UHGV virus genome: UHGV-0148166
Origin: a virus
DNA length: 39,519 bases
Reading direction: 5' to 3' (one strand)
Shown: positions 9,279 through 16,699 of the stretch, piece by piece
Numbering within the stretch: position 1 is the first letter of the stretch
How the letters are laid out: each line of letters opens with the position of its first letter
Program-made: the position numbers and the translations under genes
Notes under the pieces: model-generated
What the model was told of the DNA's origin: nothing
Seen by the model: only the letters and a program-made list of their open reading frames with translations
Databases searched by the model: none

Positions 9279-9742
9279 TTGTAAAATATATCAAGGGCGA
9301 TATTGTCGCCCTATTTCTTCAAGGTAATATTATTGCGCATGGATGTAATTGTTTTCATACTATGGGTTCAGGCGTAGCGGGTCAATTAACCAAAGCTTTC
9401 CCTAAAATTTTGGAAGCTGATAAATTACAGACTGAATGGGGTGATGTAACTAAACTCGGTTCTTACTCAGTCTATGAAAAATACTTTAGGACTCATAAAG
9501 CGTATTGCTTCAACCTTTATACTCAATTTCAACCAGGGCCAAATTTTGAGTATTCCGCTTTAATGAATTGTATGTTAGAATTAAATGAGTTTGGTGAAAA
9601 TAAACTGATTAAACCTACAATCTATATGCCTAGGATTGGTGCAGGCATAGGTAAAGGGAACTGGGATATTATTGAAGATATTTTAGATACATATTCCTCT
9701 AAATTAGAAATTGTGATTGTTGATTGGGAACCGTTATTATGA
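9275..9742 (+). CDS. Macro-domain protein (ADP-ribose binding/processing fold)
   Basis: Motifs KGDIV..AHGCNC..MGSGVAGQL and IGAGIGKGNW match the macro-domain GDIT / GGGVAGAI / GxGxxG pattern. Confidence 0.65.
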   Translation: MIVKYIKGDIVALFLQGNIIAHGCNCFHTMGSGVAGQLTKAFPKILEADKLQTEWGDVTKLGSYSVYEKYFRTHKAYCFNLYTQFQPGPNFEYSALMNCMLELNEFGENKLIKPTIYMPRIGAGIGKGNWDIIEDILDTYSSKLEIVIVDWEPLL

Positions 9743-9951
9743 ATATACATTATCCACATCCGTATGACCCAAAGAATAAGGCAGTAATTATTCGTCAATG
9801 GGAACGCATTTGCCGTACTAAATGCCCAATTAATAGTCCACATGATGTAGATAAAGACTATATTGGAACATTCGTTGAATATACCTTTATTGATAGGAAA
9901 GGTCGTAAACAACATGTAGAAGAATATTGTTTAAAGGTTACATGGTTATGA
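9739..9951 (+). CDS. Hypothetical small protein (70 aa)
   Basis: ATG with ATGA overlap; track start 9724 is a TTG. Confidence 0.45.
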   Translation: MNIHYPHPYDPKNKAVIIRQWERICRTKCPINSPHDVDKDYIGTFVEYTFIDRKGRKQHVEEYCLKVTWL

Positions 9952-10154
9952 GCCAAACTAGTATTCTTAAAAATGCCCATTGTGAAAAGTGTAAGTGGCC
10001 GATTGTTTTTGCTTTATGTAATGATGAAATGGCTTGTGATTTCGATTATTGGTGCTATTGTTCTAATAAAGGATGCATCAATCATAAAGGTGAAGGATTT
10101 TATTCAGGATTTTATCCTTATCCTGATTTCGTTAAAGAAGGTAAACCGAAATGA
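9948..10154 (+). CDS. Small Cys-rich putative zinc-binding protein (68 aa)
   Basis: CEKC...C..C...CYC..GC cysteine pattern. Confidence 0.45.
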   Translation: MSQTSILKNAHCEKCKWPIVFALCNDEMACDFDYWCYCSNKGCINHKGEGFYSGFYPYPDFVKEGKPK

Positions 10155-10324
10155 ATAGTTTTGAGTTACAATATGAAGTGTTACGTGAGCTTGATAATTT
10201 AATTGAACTCGCTGTCAATAAAGGTTTTGCCATTGGAATCGGTCAAAAAGATACTGGTCATTTAACTATGGAAATATTTAAGCAAAAGCGAATTATTTTA
10301 AAACTCCTGGAAATTAATATATGA
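10151..10324 (+). CDS. Hypothetical small protein (57 aa)
   Basis: Hand-translated ORF; ATGA overlap with upstream stop. Confidence 0.4.
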   Translation: MNSFELQYEVLRELDNLIELAVNKGFAIGIGQKDTGHLTMEIFKQKRIILKLLEINI

Positions 10325-10515
10325 GTCTGAGTAAAGAATAAAAAGATAAATTGTTTGAGCTTATCCATGAACTTCTAGATGAGCATGCAGAAGCAAACAC
10401 CTTTTATGATGAATACGGCCCGCTATCTCCCGAACAGCAAGAAGAATTTGCTGATCGGTTTGATAAGAAAGAAAACGAATTAATAGCTTATGTGAATATG
10501 CTTTAAGAAGGTGAT

Positions 10516-11097
10516 ATGGCGAGTTTAATTTTTACTTACGCAGCAATGAATGCTGGAAAATCTGCTTCTCTTTTGACTGCTGCACATAATTATAAAGAAC
10601 GCGGAATGGGTGTATTAGTTCTTAAGCCTGCTATTGATACTCGCGATTCTGTCTGTGAAGTCGTTTCTCGCATTGGAATTAAGCAGGAAGCGAATATTAT
10701 TACGGATGATATGGATATTTTTGAGTTCTATAAATGGGCTGAAGCACAAAAAGATATTCATTGCGTATTTGTAGATGAAGCTCAGTTTTTAAAAACTGAA
10801 CAGGTGCATCAATTAAGTCGAATTGTTGATACATATAATGTTCCTGTTATGGCTTATGGATTAAGGACTGATTTCGCTGGAAAATTGTTTGAAGGTTCTA
10901 AAGAACTTTTAGCGATTGCAGATAAACTTATTGAACTAAAGGCAGTTTGTCATTGCGGCAAAAAAGCGATTATGACAGCTCGATTAATGGAAGATGGAAC
11001 ACCAGTTAAAGAAGGTAATCAAATCTGTATTGGTGATGAAATTTATGTTTCTTTGTGTAGAAAACATTGGAATGAATTAACTAAAAAGCTCGGTTAG
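10516..11097 (+). CDS. tk: Thymidine kinase
   Basis: 193 aa; P-loop GKSASL, TK family motifs, C-terminal Cys zinc cluster. Confidence 0.92.
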   Translation: MASLIFTYAAMNAGKSASLLTAAHNYKERGMGVLVLKPAIDTRDSVCEVVSRIGIKQEANIITDDMDIFEFYKWAEAQKDIHCVFVDEAQFLKTEQVHQLSRIVDTYNVPVMAYGLRTDFAGKLFEGSKELLAIADKLIELKAVCHCGKKAIMTARLMEDGTPVKEGNQICIGDEIYVSLCRKHWNELTKKLG

Positions 11098-11106
11098 TGC
11101 AAAAGT

Positions 11107-11114
11107 TATAAATA
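11107..11114 (+). promoter_or_regulatory. T4 late promoter core TATAAATA
   Basis: Exact TATAAATA upstream of the rI-region genes. Confidence 0.5.
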
Positions 11115-11139
11115 GGTTTATCTAACTAAAGGGGTATAT

Positions 11140-11352
11140 ATGCTACAATTAACTGAAAAGCAACTTCGCAATCTTACTGTGCTTCAATTAGATGAAATTC
11201 GTAGGGAAGTTGGAAATATCATTTCAGCTTTGCGTCGAGAAGTATCACTCAACCAATCTCCGGCAGACTATACTAGATTGCGAAATTTTGAAAAATACCT
11301 TGATAAAGTTAAGGCCGTGCATCGGCATAAAGTAAATACAGGACAAAAATGA
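11140..11352 (+). CDS. Hypothetical small protein (rI.1 position)
   Basis: GGGGTATAT RBS; ORF. Confidence 0.5.
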
Positions 11353-11364
11353 TAGGAGGCCTTT

Positions 11365-11658
11365 ATGGCCTTAAAAGCAACGGCACTATTTGCCATGCTA
11401 GGATTAGCGTTTGCTTTATCTCCACCAATTGAAGCGAATGTCGATCCTCATTTTGATAAATTTATGGAATCTGGTATTAGACACGTTTATATGCTTTTTG
11501 AAAATAAAAGCGTAGAATCATCTGAACAGTTCTATAGTTTTATGCGAACGACTTATAAAAATGACCCGTGCTCTTCCGATTTTGAATGTATAGAGCGAGG
11601 CGCGGAGATGGCACAATCATACGCTAGAATTATGAACATTAAATTGGAGACTGAATGA
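11365..11658 (+). CDS. rI: Lysis-inhibition regulator RI-like membrane protein
   Basis: 97 aa with N-terminal signal-anchor; position downstream of tk as in T4. Confidence 0.7.
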   Translation: MALKATALFAMLGLAFALSPPIEANVDPHFDKFMESGIRHVYMLFENKSVESSEQFYSFMRTTYKNDPCSSDFECIERGAEMAQSYARIMNIKLETE

Positions 11659-12041
11659 AATTCAGCGACTTTTCACAAAGTGGAAAACCTTCAAAGGCAG
11701 ATGAATACTTAGGTTTATTAATGGCTGCACAAGCTTATTTTCATTCTGCACATTTTGAAACTAAAAGTTATGCTAGACACAAAGCATACGATTTTATTTT
11801 CTCTGAGTTGCCAGATTTGATTGATAAATTTGGTGAGCAATATTTAGGGTATTCTGGTAGAAAATACACGCCTTCTATTCCAGATGCCAGTAAACTTCCT
11901 ACCGACACAATTAAAATGATTGATCGCATACTAGACCAATCTAACAGCATTTATAAAGAAATGCCTCCAGCCATCCAAAGCACGATAGATGATATTACTG
12001 GAATGTTTTATCAGAGTAAATATCTTCTTTCCCTCGAATAA
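11655..12041 (+). CDS. Hypothetical protein (rI.-1 position)
   Basis: ORF with ATGA overlap; followed by terminator. Confidence 0.55.
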
Positions 12042-12046
12042 CGTTA

Positions 12047-12068
12047 GTCTCCTTCGGGAGACTTTTTT
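12047..12068 (+). terminator. Rho-independent terminator (UUCG tetraloop)
   Basis: GTCTCC-TTCG-GGAGAC followed by TTTTTT. Confidence 0.8.
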
Positions 12069-12079
12069 CATTTTACCGG

Positions 12080-12108
12080 TTTACTTTCCATTTGAGCTGT
12101 GATACTAT
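12080..12108 (+). promoter_or_regulatory. T4-type early promoter
   Basis: -35 TTTACT, 17-bp spacer, -10 TACTAT. Confidence 0.55.
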
Positions 12109-12136
12109 ACAACCATCGGATAAAGAGGAGAACATC

Positions 12137-12325
12137 ATGAAAATTGAAGCACTTAATCAAGAAGGAAATATCTACGTCATCATTAATGGTGATTTTTTCG
12201 TCGACATGGATGAAGTTACCAGTGAAGAACTTGTAGAACTTCTCAAGAAACGTTATAATATGTGTGATGAAGTTGCAACTCACATGGCGTGTGCAATATT
12301 CTCTCTTTCATATGTGGTGGAATAA
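12137..12325 (+). CDS. Hypothetical small acidic protein (62 aa)
   Basis: AAGAGGAGAA RBS before ATG 12137. Confidence 0.55.
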
Positions 12326-12528
12326 TGAAAACTGAAAAGCAAGCGGATAAAATTAAGGAATTGGTAGCTTTAATTCGTAAAGCAGACGAGGAACTTAGTG
12401 ACTTTGCTTGGTTTTCGTCAGGCATTGCAAATAAAGGCATTGATGAACTTGAAGCTAAAGTTGATAATGCTTTAGAAGCGTTAGATATGTTTCTTGATGA
12501 AATTATCGATCATAATACGAGAGTTTAA
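12325..12528 (+). CDS. Hypothetical small protein, MKTEKQ paralog A (67 aa)
   Basis: Start context TGGAATAATGAAAACTGAAAAGCA duplicated at 12707. Confidence 0.5.
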   Translation: MKTEKQADKIKELVALIRKADEELSDFAWFSSGIANKGIDELEAKVDNALEALDMFLDEIIDHNTRV

Positions 12529-12530
12529 GT

Positions 12531-12725
12531 ATGCTAACACGTAAACAGTTTGAAAAAATCATTAAATTAGCACGTGATGTTGAAATAGATTCATATCAAT
12601 TAGCAGTTGAGCATTGTGAAGGATATTCATACGATGGTATAGAAGCAGCTAAAAAGGATTTGGATAAATCTAAAGCTAAGTTAGTTCAATATCTTGAAAT
12701 GATTAGGTGGAACAATGAAAACTGA
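12531..12725 (+). CDS. Hypothetical small protein (64 aa)
   Basis: ORF with GAG RBS. Confidence 0.5.
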   Translation: MLTRKQFEKIIKLARDVEIDSYQLAVEHCEGYSYDGIEAAKKDLDKSKAKLVQYLEMIRWNNEN

Positions 12726-12888
12726 AAAGCAGATGTTTTTAATGAAACTAATTGAAGAATATGCTAATGCAGTTTCTGACTATGAGTGTTCTTCTCGGGA
12801 AAGAGGTACAGCTTTCGCCAAAGAAGAATTGAAAATCATGGTTGATGCTCACACAAAGCTTCAGAATTTTATTGAAAACGTCATTTAA
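12715..12888 (+). CDS. Hypothetical small protein, MKTEKQ paralog B (57 aa)
   Basis: Hand-translated; same start context as 12325. Confidence 0.45.
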   Translation: MKTEKQMFLMKLIEEYANAVSDYECSSRERGTAFAKEELKIMVDAHTKLQNFIENVI

Positions 12889-12891
12889 TGG

Positions 12892-12920
12892 TTTACAAGT
12901 TGGCAAGGTTATGATATAGT
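12892..12920 (+). promoter_or_regulatory. T4-type early promoter
   Basis: -35 TTTACA, 17-bp spacer, -10 TATAGT. Confidence 0.5.
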
Positions 12921-12948
12921 AATCTTGTCAACTGTCAAGGAGAAGAGA

Positions 12949-13053
12949 ATGAAAGTTTTGTTTGTTGTGTATGTAATGATTCAATATAATTACCCAATGT
13001 TTACTTATAATCTGGTGAACAACATTATTGATATTATTCAAAGGAGTATGTAA
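12949..13053 (+). CDS. Possible small hydrophobic leader peptide (34 aa)
   Basis: Strong RBS CAAGGAGAAGAGA before ATG; ends 2 nt before next start. Confidence 0.3.
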   Translation: MKVLFVVYVMIQYNYPMFTYNLVNNIIDIIQRSM

Positions 13054-13055
13054 TT

Positions 13056-13613
13056 GTGAGTGAGTCGAAGAGAATCAATATGAAACGATTAGTATTAGAA
13101 GTTAGTCCACTTTTTGGTGAATTGGCTATAGAAAAAGTAAATAATATGTATCGTTTGACGCAAGAAGACGATATGCTATATTTTACGCCTAGTGAAATCA
13201 TTCATTTAACCCAAATTGAATATCCTTATACTGATAAAATAGTAAGTATCAATGATGAGCACAAAATTCATTTTTATTCTTCATGCCCAGGATTTAATAT
13301 TAAAAGTGAGTCAATGTGTTTATCAGTTATCCATTGGGATAGTTTTATAGCTAAGATTAAATATTTTTATTATTCTAATGAAAGAAAACATAGTTTAAAA
13401 TGGCTCAAAAATTGCAATGCTATTATTACTAACGCTTGCAATCAGAATGATGAAACTCTTTTAAATGTATCAAAATGTTATGAAGAGGGAGATGTCTTAA
13501 CTATTCGCCAAATCGACGATTTTCGATCACATATTGTCACATTTACCAAAGACGAAGCTATTGCACTAAAGACTTATCTTGATTCTGTCATTCCAACTAT
13601 GATTTCAAAGTGA
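13056..13613 (+). CDS. Hypothetical protein, paralog A of tandem pair (185 aa)
   Basis: GTG start after AAGGAG; C-terminal motif TKDEAIALKTYLDSVIPTM shared with next ORF. Confidence 0.55.
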   Translation: MSESKRINMKRLVLEVSPLFGELAIEKVNNMYRLTQEDDMLYFTPSEIIHLTQIEYPYTDKIVSINDEHKIHFYSSCPGFNIKSESMCLSVIHWDSFIAKIKYFYYSNERKHSLKWLKNCNAIITNACNQNDETLLNVSKCYEEGDVLTIRQIDDFRSHIVTFTKDEAIALKTYLDSVIPTMISK

Positions 13614-13619
13614 GGAAAT

Positions 13620-14141
13620 ATGTTTATTTCAAGTGGAAGTGGTTTAATTCGTGTTGAATTTAAAAATGACATCTTTCTTATTCAAGGAGATGATATTATT
13701 AAAATGAGTTATGATGAAATTAAGAAAATTTGTAATGCTCTTGAAAGTCATGGAAAAGTGAACGCTGTTATTGATATTGGTGATTTATGGGTGACACTTT
13801 ATGAAGTATCCGAAGGATTTAATATTGAAGATGAAAACAACATCTTAGCTATTGATAAAAGAAGCGATTTGTTTGATGTGTTAAAAGTTTATGAACAGTC
13901 AAACGGTGGAAGAAAAGCTGTATTGATTTATCAAAAACCACATTCATGTGGAACTGCTTCAATCATTTCAGATATTGAAGATGAAACTGATACTTATATG
14001 TGTGTTTTAAAAGCTGGTGGTGACCGTCATCCGGATTTTATTTCTATTCGTCAAAACAATGGAGAAATTTCATTATCAAAATCAGAAGCTGAAGCTATGA
14101 TTAAGTATTTAACAACTGTTACACCTTCAATGAAAGGATAA
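13620..14141 (+). CDS. Hypothetical protein, paralog B of tandem pair (173 aa)
   Basis: GAGGAAATATG; C-terminal motif SKSEAEAMIKYLTTVTPSM. Confidence 0.6.
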   Translation: MFISSGSGLIRVEFKNDIFLIQGDDIIKMSYDEIKKICNALESHGKVNAVIDIGDLWVTLYEVSEGFNIEDENNILAIDKRSDLFDVLKVYEQSNGGRKAVLIYQKPHSCGTASIISDIEDETDTYMCVLKAGGDRHPDFISIRQNNGEISLSKSEAEAMIKYLTTVTPSMKG

Positions 14142-14143
14142 TT

Positions 14144-14605
14144 ATGATTATTAATGAAAACTCTTGGCACTATAAATTATTCAAACTGTTTAACGACGAA
14201 TGGAAACGACCTAAGACACTATGCGCATATTTTTGGTCTATTGCCATTCCTACATTTTTCGTTTCTATTTTTGGATGTGCTATACTCGTAGGGCTAACAA
14301 TTATTTGTGCAGAAAGCCTACAACGTTGGCTTATTTTCGGTAGTTTATGGACTCTTCTTCCATCGGCATTTATACTTGCGCTTTTGGTTGTTTTACTTAT
14401 TATCGGTTCATTTGTTATTCCTGCACATTTGCGTGAAAAATATAAAGATTATAAATGGAAAAAGGATTATGCTTTACACGTAGAAAATATTGATAGGGCG
14501 TATAAAGGTTTACCTCCTATTCAACCCAAGAAATCGATTATCGTTGAATTTTTAAAAGCTCGTAAAGCTAAAGTATGTCCTGTTATTGAATATAAGGCTG
14601 AATGA
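14144..14605 (+). CDS. Membrane protein with 2 predicted TM helices (153 aa)
   Basis: Two long hydrophobic segments; ATGA overlap with next gene. Confidence 0.6.
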   Translation: MIINENSWHYKLFKLFNDEWKRPKTLCAYFWSIAIPTFFVSIFGCAILVGLTIICAESLQRWLIFGSLWTLLPSAFILALLVVLLIIGSFVIPAHLREKYKDYKWKKDYALHVENIDRAYKGLPPIQPKKSIIVEFLKARKAKVCPVIEYKAE

Positions 14606-15615
14606 TGAAAACAGTAATGAAAAGCTATTTTGGTAGTCATCTTTATGGAACTTCTACTCCAGAATCTGATGTAGATTTTAAAGAAATTTTTGTTCCTCCT
14701 GCTCGCGATATTCTTATCGGAAATGTTAAAGAGCATATGAGCAAAAACACTAACAACACATCATCTAAAAACACTAAAGATGATATTGACCATGAACTAT
14801 ACAGTCTTAAGTATTTCTTTAAATTAGCGGCAGATGGTGAAACTGTAGCATTGGATATGCTTCACACTCCGCCTGAACTAGTGGTTAAATCTGATTTGCC
14901 TGATGTATGGAAGTTTATTCAAGACAACCGTTCTCGTTTTTATACGACTAACATGAAATCCTATTTAGGATATGTTCGCAAGCAAGCTTCTAAATACGGT
15001 GTTAAGGGTTCTCGTTTGGCCGCATTACGTGATGTATTGAAAGTAGTTAATCAAATCCCTGAGCAATGGGTTGATTACCAAGAAGACGGTTCCATTAAGC
15101 AGCGTCGAACTAAAGTTGAAGATATTAAGCATCGTCTTCCAGAGAACGAATTCTGTGAATGGGTATTCCATAATCATGAGAAAACAGGCCCACAAACGTT
15201 CTACACTGTGTTGGGTCGTAAATATCAAACAACACTTTCTCTTATTGAGCTTAAGCAATCTTTGAATAAACTTGATGCTGAATACGGCGAACGTGCTCGT
15301 AAGGCTGAAGCGAATGAGGGCATTGACTGGAAAGCTCTGAGTCATGCTTGCCGTGGTGGACTCCAACTATTGGAAATTTACAAAACTGGCGACTTAGTCT
15401 ATCCACTTCAAGACGCTCCATTTATTCTCGACGTGAAGTTGGGTAAACATCCATTTAAAACCGTTCAAGAGTTTTTGGAAGATGTGGTCGATCAAGTAGA
15501 AGCAGCATCTACTGAAGCTTCTAAGAACGGTATGCAGCAAAAAGTAGACATGGGTTTCTGGGATGACTTCCTTGAGAAGGTCTATCTTGAAAACCACCGA
15601 AGTTATTATAAATGA
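14602..15615 (+). CDS. Pol-beta-superfamily nucleotidyltransferase-like protein (337 aa)
   Basis: N-terminal G-S-x3-G-T-x5-S-D-V-D motif (FGSHLYGTSTPESDVDF) and a later Asp (ETVALDMLH); helical C-terminal region. Confidence 0.6.
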   Translation: MMKTVMKSYFGSHLYGTSTPESDVDFKEIFVPPARDILIGNVKEHMSKNTNNTSSKNTKDDIDHELYSLKYFFKLAADGETVALDMLHTPPELVVKSDLPDVWKFIQDNRSRFYTTNMKSYLGYVRKQASKYGVKGSRLAALRDVLKVVNQIPEQWVDYQEDGSIKQRRTKVEDIKHRLPENEFCEWVFHNHEKTGPQTFYTVLGRKYQTTLSLIELKQSLNKLDAEYGERARKAEANEGIDWKALSHACRGGLQLLEIYKTGDLVYPLQDAPFILDVKLGKHPFKTVQEFLEDVVDQVEAASTEASKNGMQQKVDMGFWDDFLEKVYLENHRSYYK

Positions 15616-15617
15616 TA

Positions 15618-15642
15618 GGGAGCCTTCGGGCTCCCTTTTTTT
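15618..15642 (+). terminator. Rho-independent terminator (UUCG tetraloop)
   Basis: GGGAGCC-TTCG-GGCTCCC followed by TTTTTTT. Confidence 0.85.
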
Positions 15643-15667
15643 ATTTCAAAAATTTTTCACAAAACGG

Positions 15668-15696
15668 TTTACAAGCATAAAGCTTTATGGTACTAT
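15668..15696 (+). promoter_or_regulatory. T4-type early promoter
   Basis: -35 TTTACA, 17-bp spacer, TGG-TACTAT; 22-nt identity with promoters at 1241 and 17824. Confidence 0.6.
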
Positions 15697-15730
15697 ACAA
15701 CTATCAACTGATACGGATTTGGAGAATAAA

Positions 15731-16699
15731 ATGAAAACTGTAACTATCAATAAGGGTATCTACTTCGGTAAAGAAATCTCTGGAACTTTTGAGCTCTTAG
15801 GCGAATGGTTCCCAGATAATGCTCCGGTGGATGCACAAGGAGATGGTAAAGTTTTTGTTGAAATTGACGGTAAGCGTCGCGGTGTTTGGGTTTACAAATC
15901 AGACATTTCATATGATGGTGTAAAAGTTGAAGAAGTTAAAGAATCATATGAAGATATGAAAACCCGCATTAATAAAAGATTTAATGTTATGGGAATGATG
16001 ACGAATGGTATTATTAACGGAAACATTCGTTCATTAATTATCTCTGGTGCGGCGGGTATTGGTAAAACGTATTCTTTAGATAAAGCTTTAAATAAAGCAA
16101 ATGATATTGGATACATTGAGTATAAAAGCATTAATGGTAAAATCTCAGGTATCGGTCTTTATGAGCAGCTCTGGAATAATCGTGAAGAGAATTCTGTCCT
16201 TTTGATTGATGATGTGGATGTTTTCTCTGATATGGACATTCTTAATCTTCTGAAAGCTGCTCTGGACACTGGAGAGACCCGTAAAGTCTGCTGGAGCACT
16301 GCATCTTCTTACTTAGAAGAAAAAGGCATTGAGCGTGAGTTTGAATTTAAAGGAACGATTGTTTTTATCACAAACGTTGATATTGACCGCGAATTAGACC
16401 GTGGTACTAAACTTGCTCCACATTTACAAGCATTAGTGTCCCGCTCAGTTTATTTGGATTTGGGTGTTCACACTAATGAAGAAATTATGGTCAGGGTTGA
16501 AGATGTTATTCTTTCAACTGACATGATGCAAAAGCGCGGTCTTTCTGATGAAGAAACTTATAAAGCATTATCATGGATGAAAGTCAATGTTAACCGTTTA
16601 CGCAATGTTTCACTGCGTACTGCTCTTTATCTTGCTGACTTTATTATGACCGACAAAAACTATTGGGAAGAAATCGCTGAAACGGTATTGTTAAAATGA
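15731..16699 (+). CDS. AAA+-like P-loop ATPase (322 aa)
   Basis: Walker A GAAGIGKT, Walker B VLLIDDVD, sensor-like FITN; GGAGAATAAA RBS; the track's N-terminal extension covers the terminator and promoter. Confidence 0.65.
   Translation: MKTVTINKGIYFGKEISGTFELLGEWFPDNAPVDAQGDGKVFVEIDGKRRGVWVYKSDISYDGVKVEEVKESYEDMKTRINKRFNVMGMMTNGIINGNIRSLIISGAAGIGKTYSLDKALNKANDIGYIEYKSINGKISGIGLYEQLWNNREENSVLLIDDVDVFSDMDILNLLKAALDTGETRKVCWSTASSYLEEKGIEREFEFKGTIVFITNVDIDRELDRGTKLAPHLQALVSRSVYLDLGVHTNEEIMVRVEDVILSTDMMQKRGLSDEETYKALSWMKVNVNRLRNVSLRTALYLADFIMTDKNYWEEIAETVLLK

Noticed and set aside
10351-10506. Possible TTG-initiated small ORF upstream of tk (LFELIHELLDEHAEANTFYDEYGPLSPEQQEEFADRFDKKENELIAYVNML)
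   Set aside because: No ATG and only a weak RBS; could be a real tk.x-like gene but the start cannot be supported from sequence alone.
15563-15730. N-terminal extension of track ORF 15563-16699
   Set aside because: Runs through a terminator hairpin and an early promoter; the real start is ATG 15731 with a GGAG RBS.
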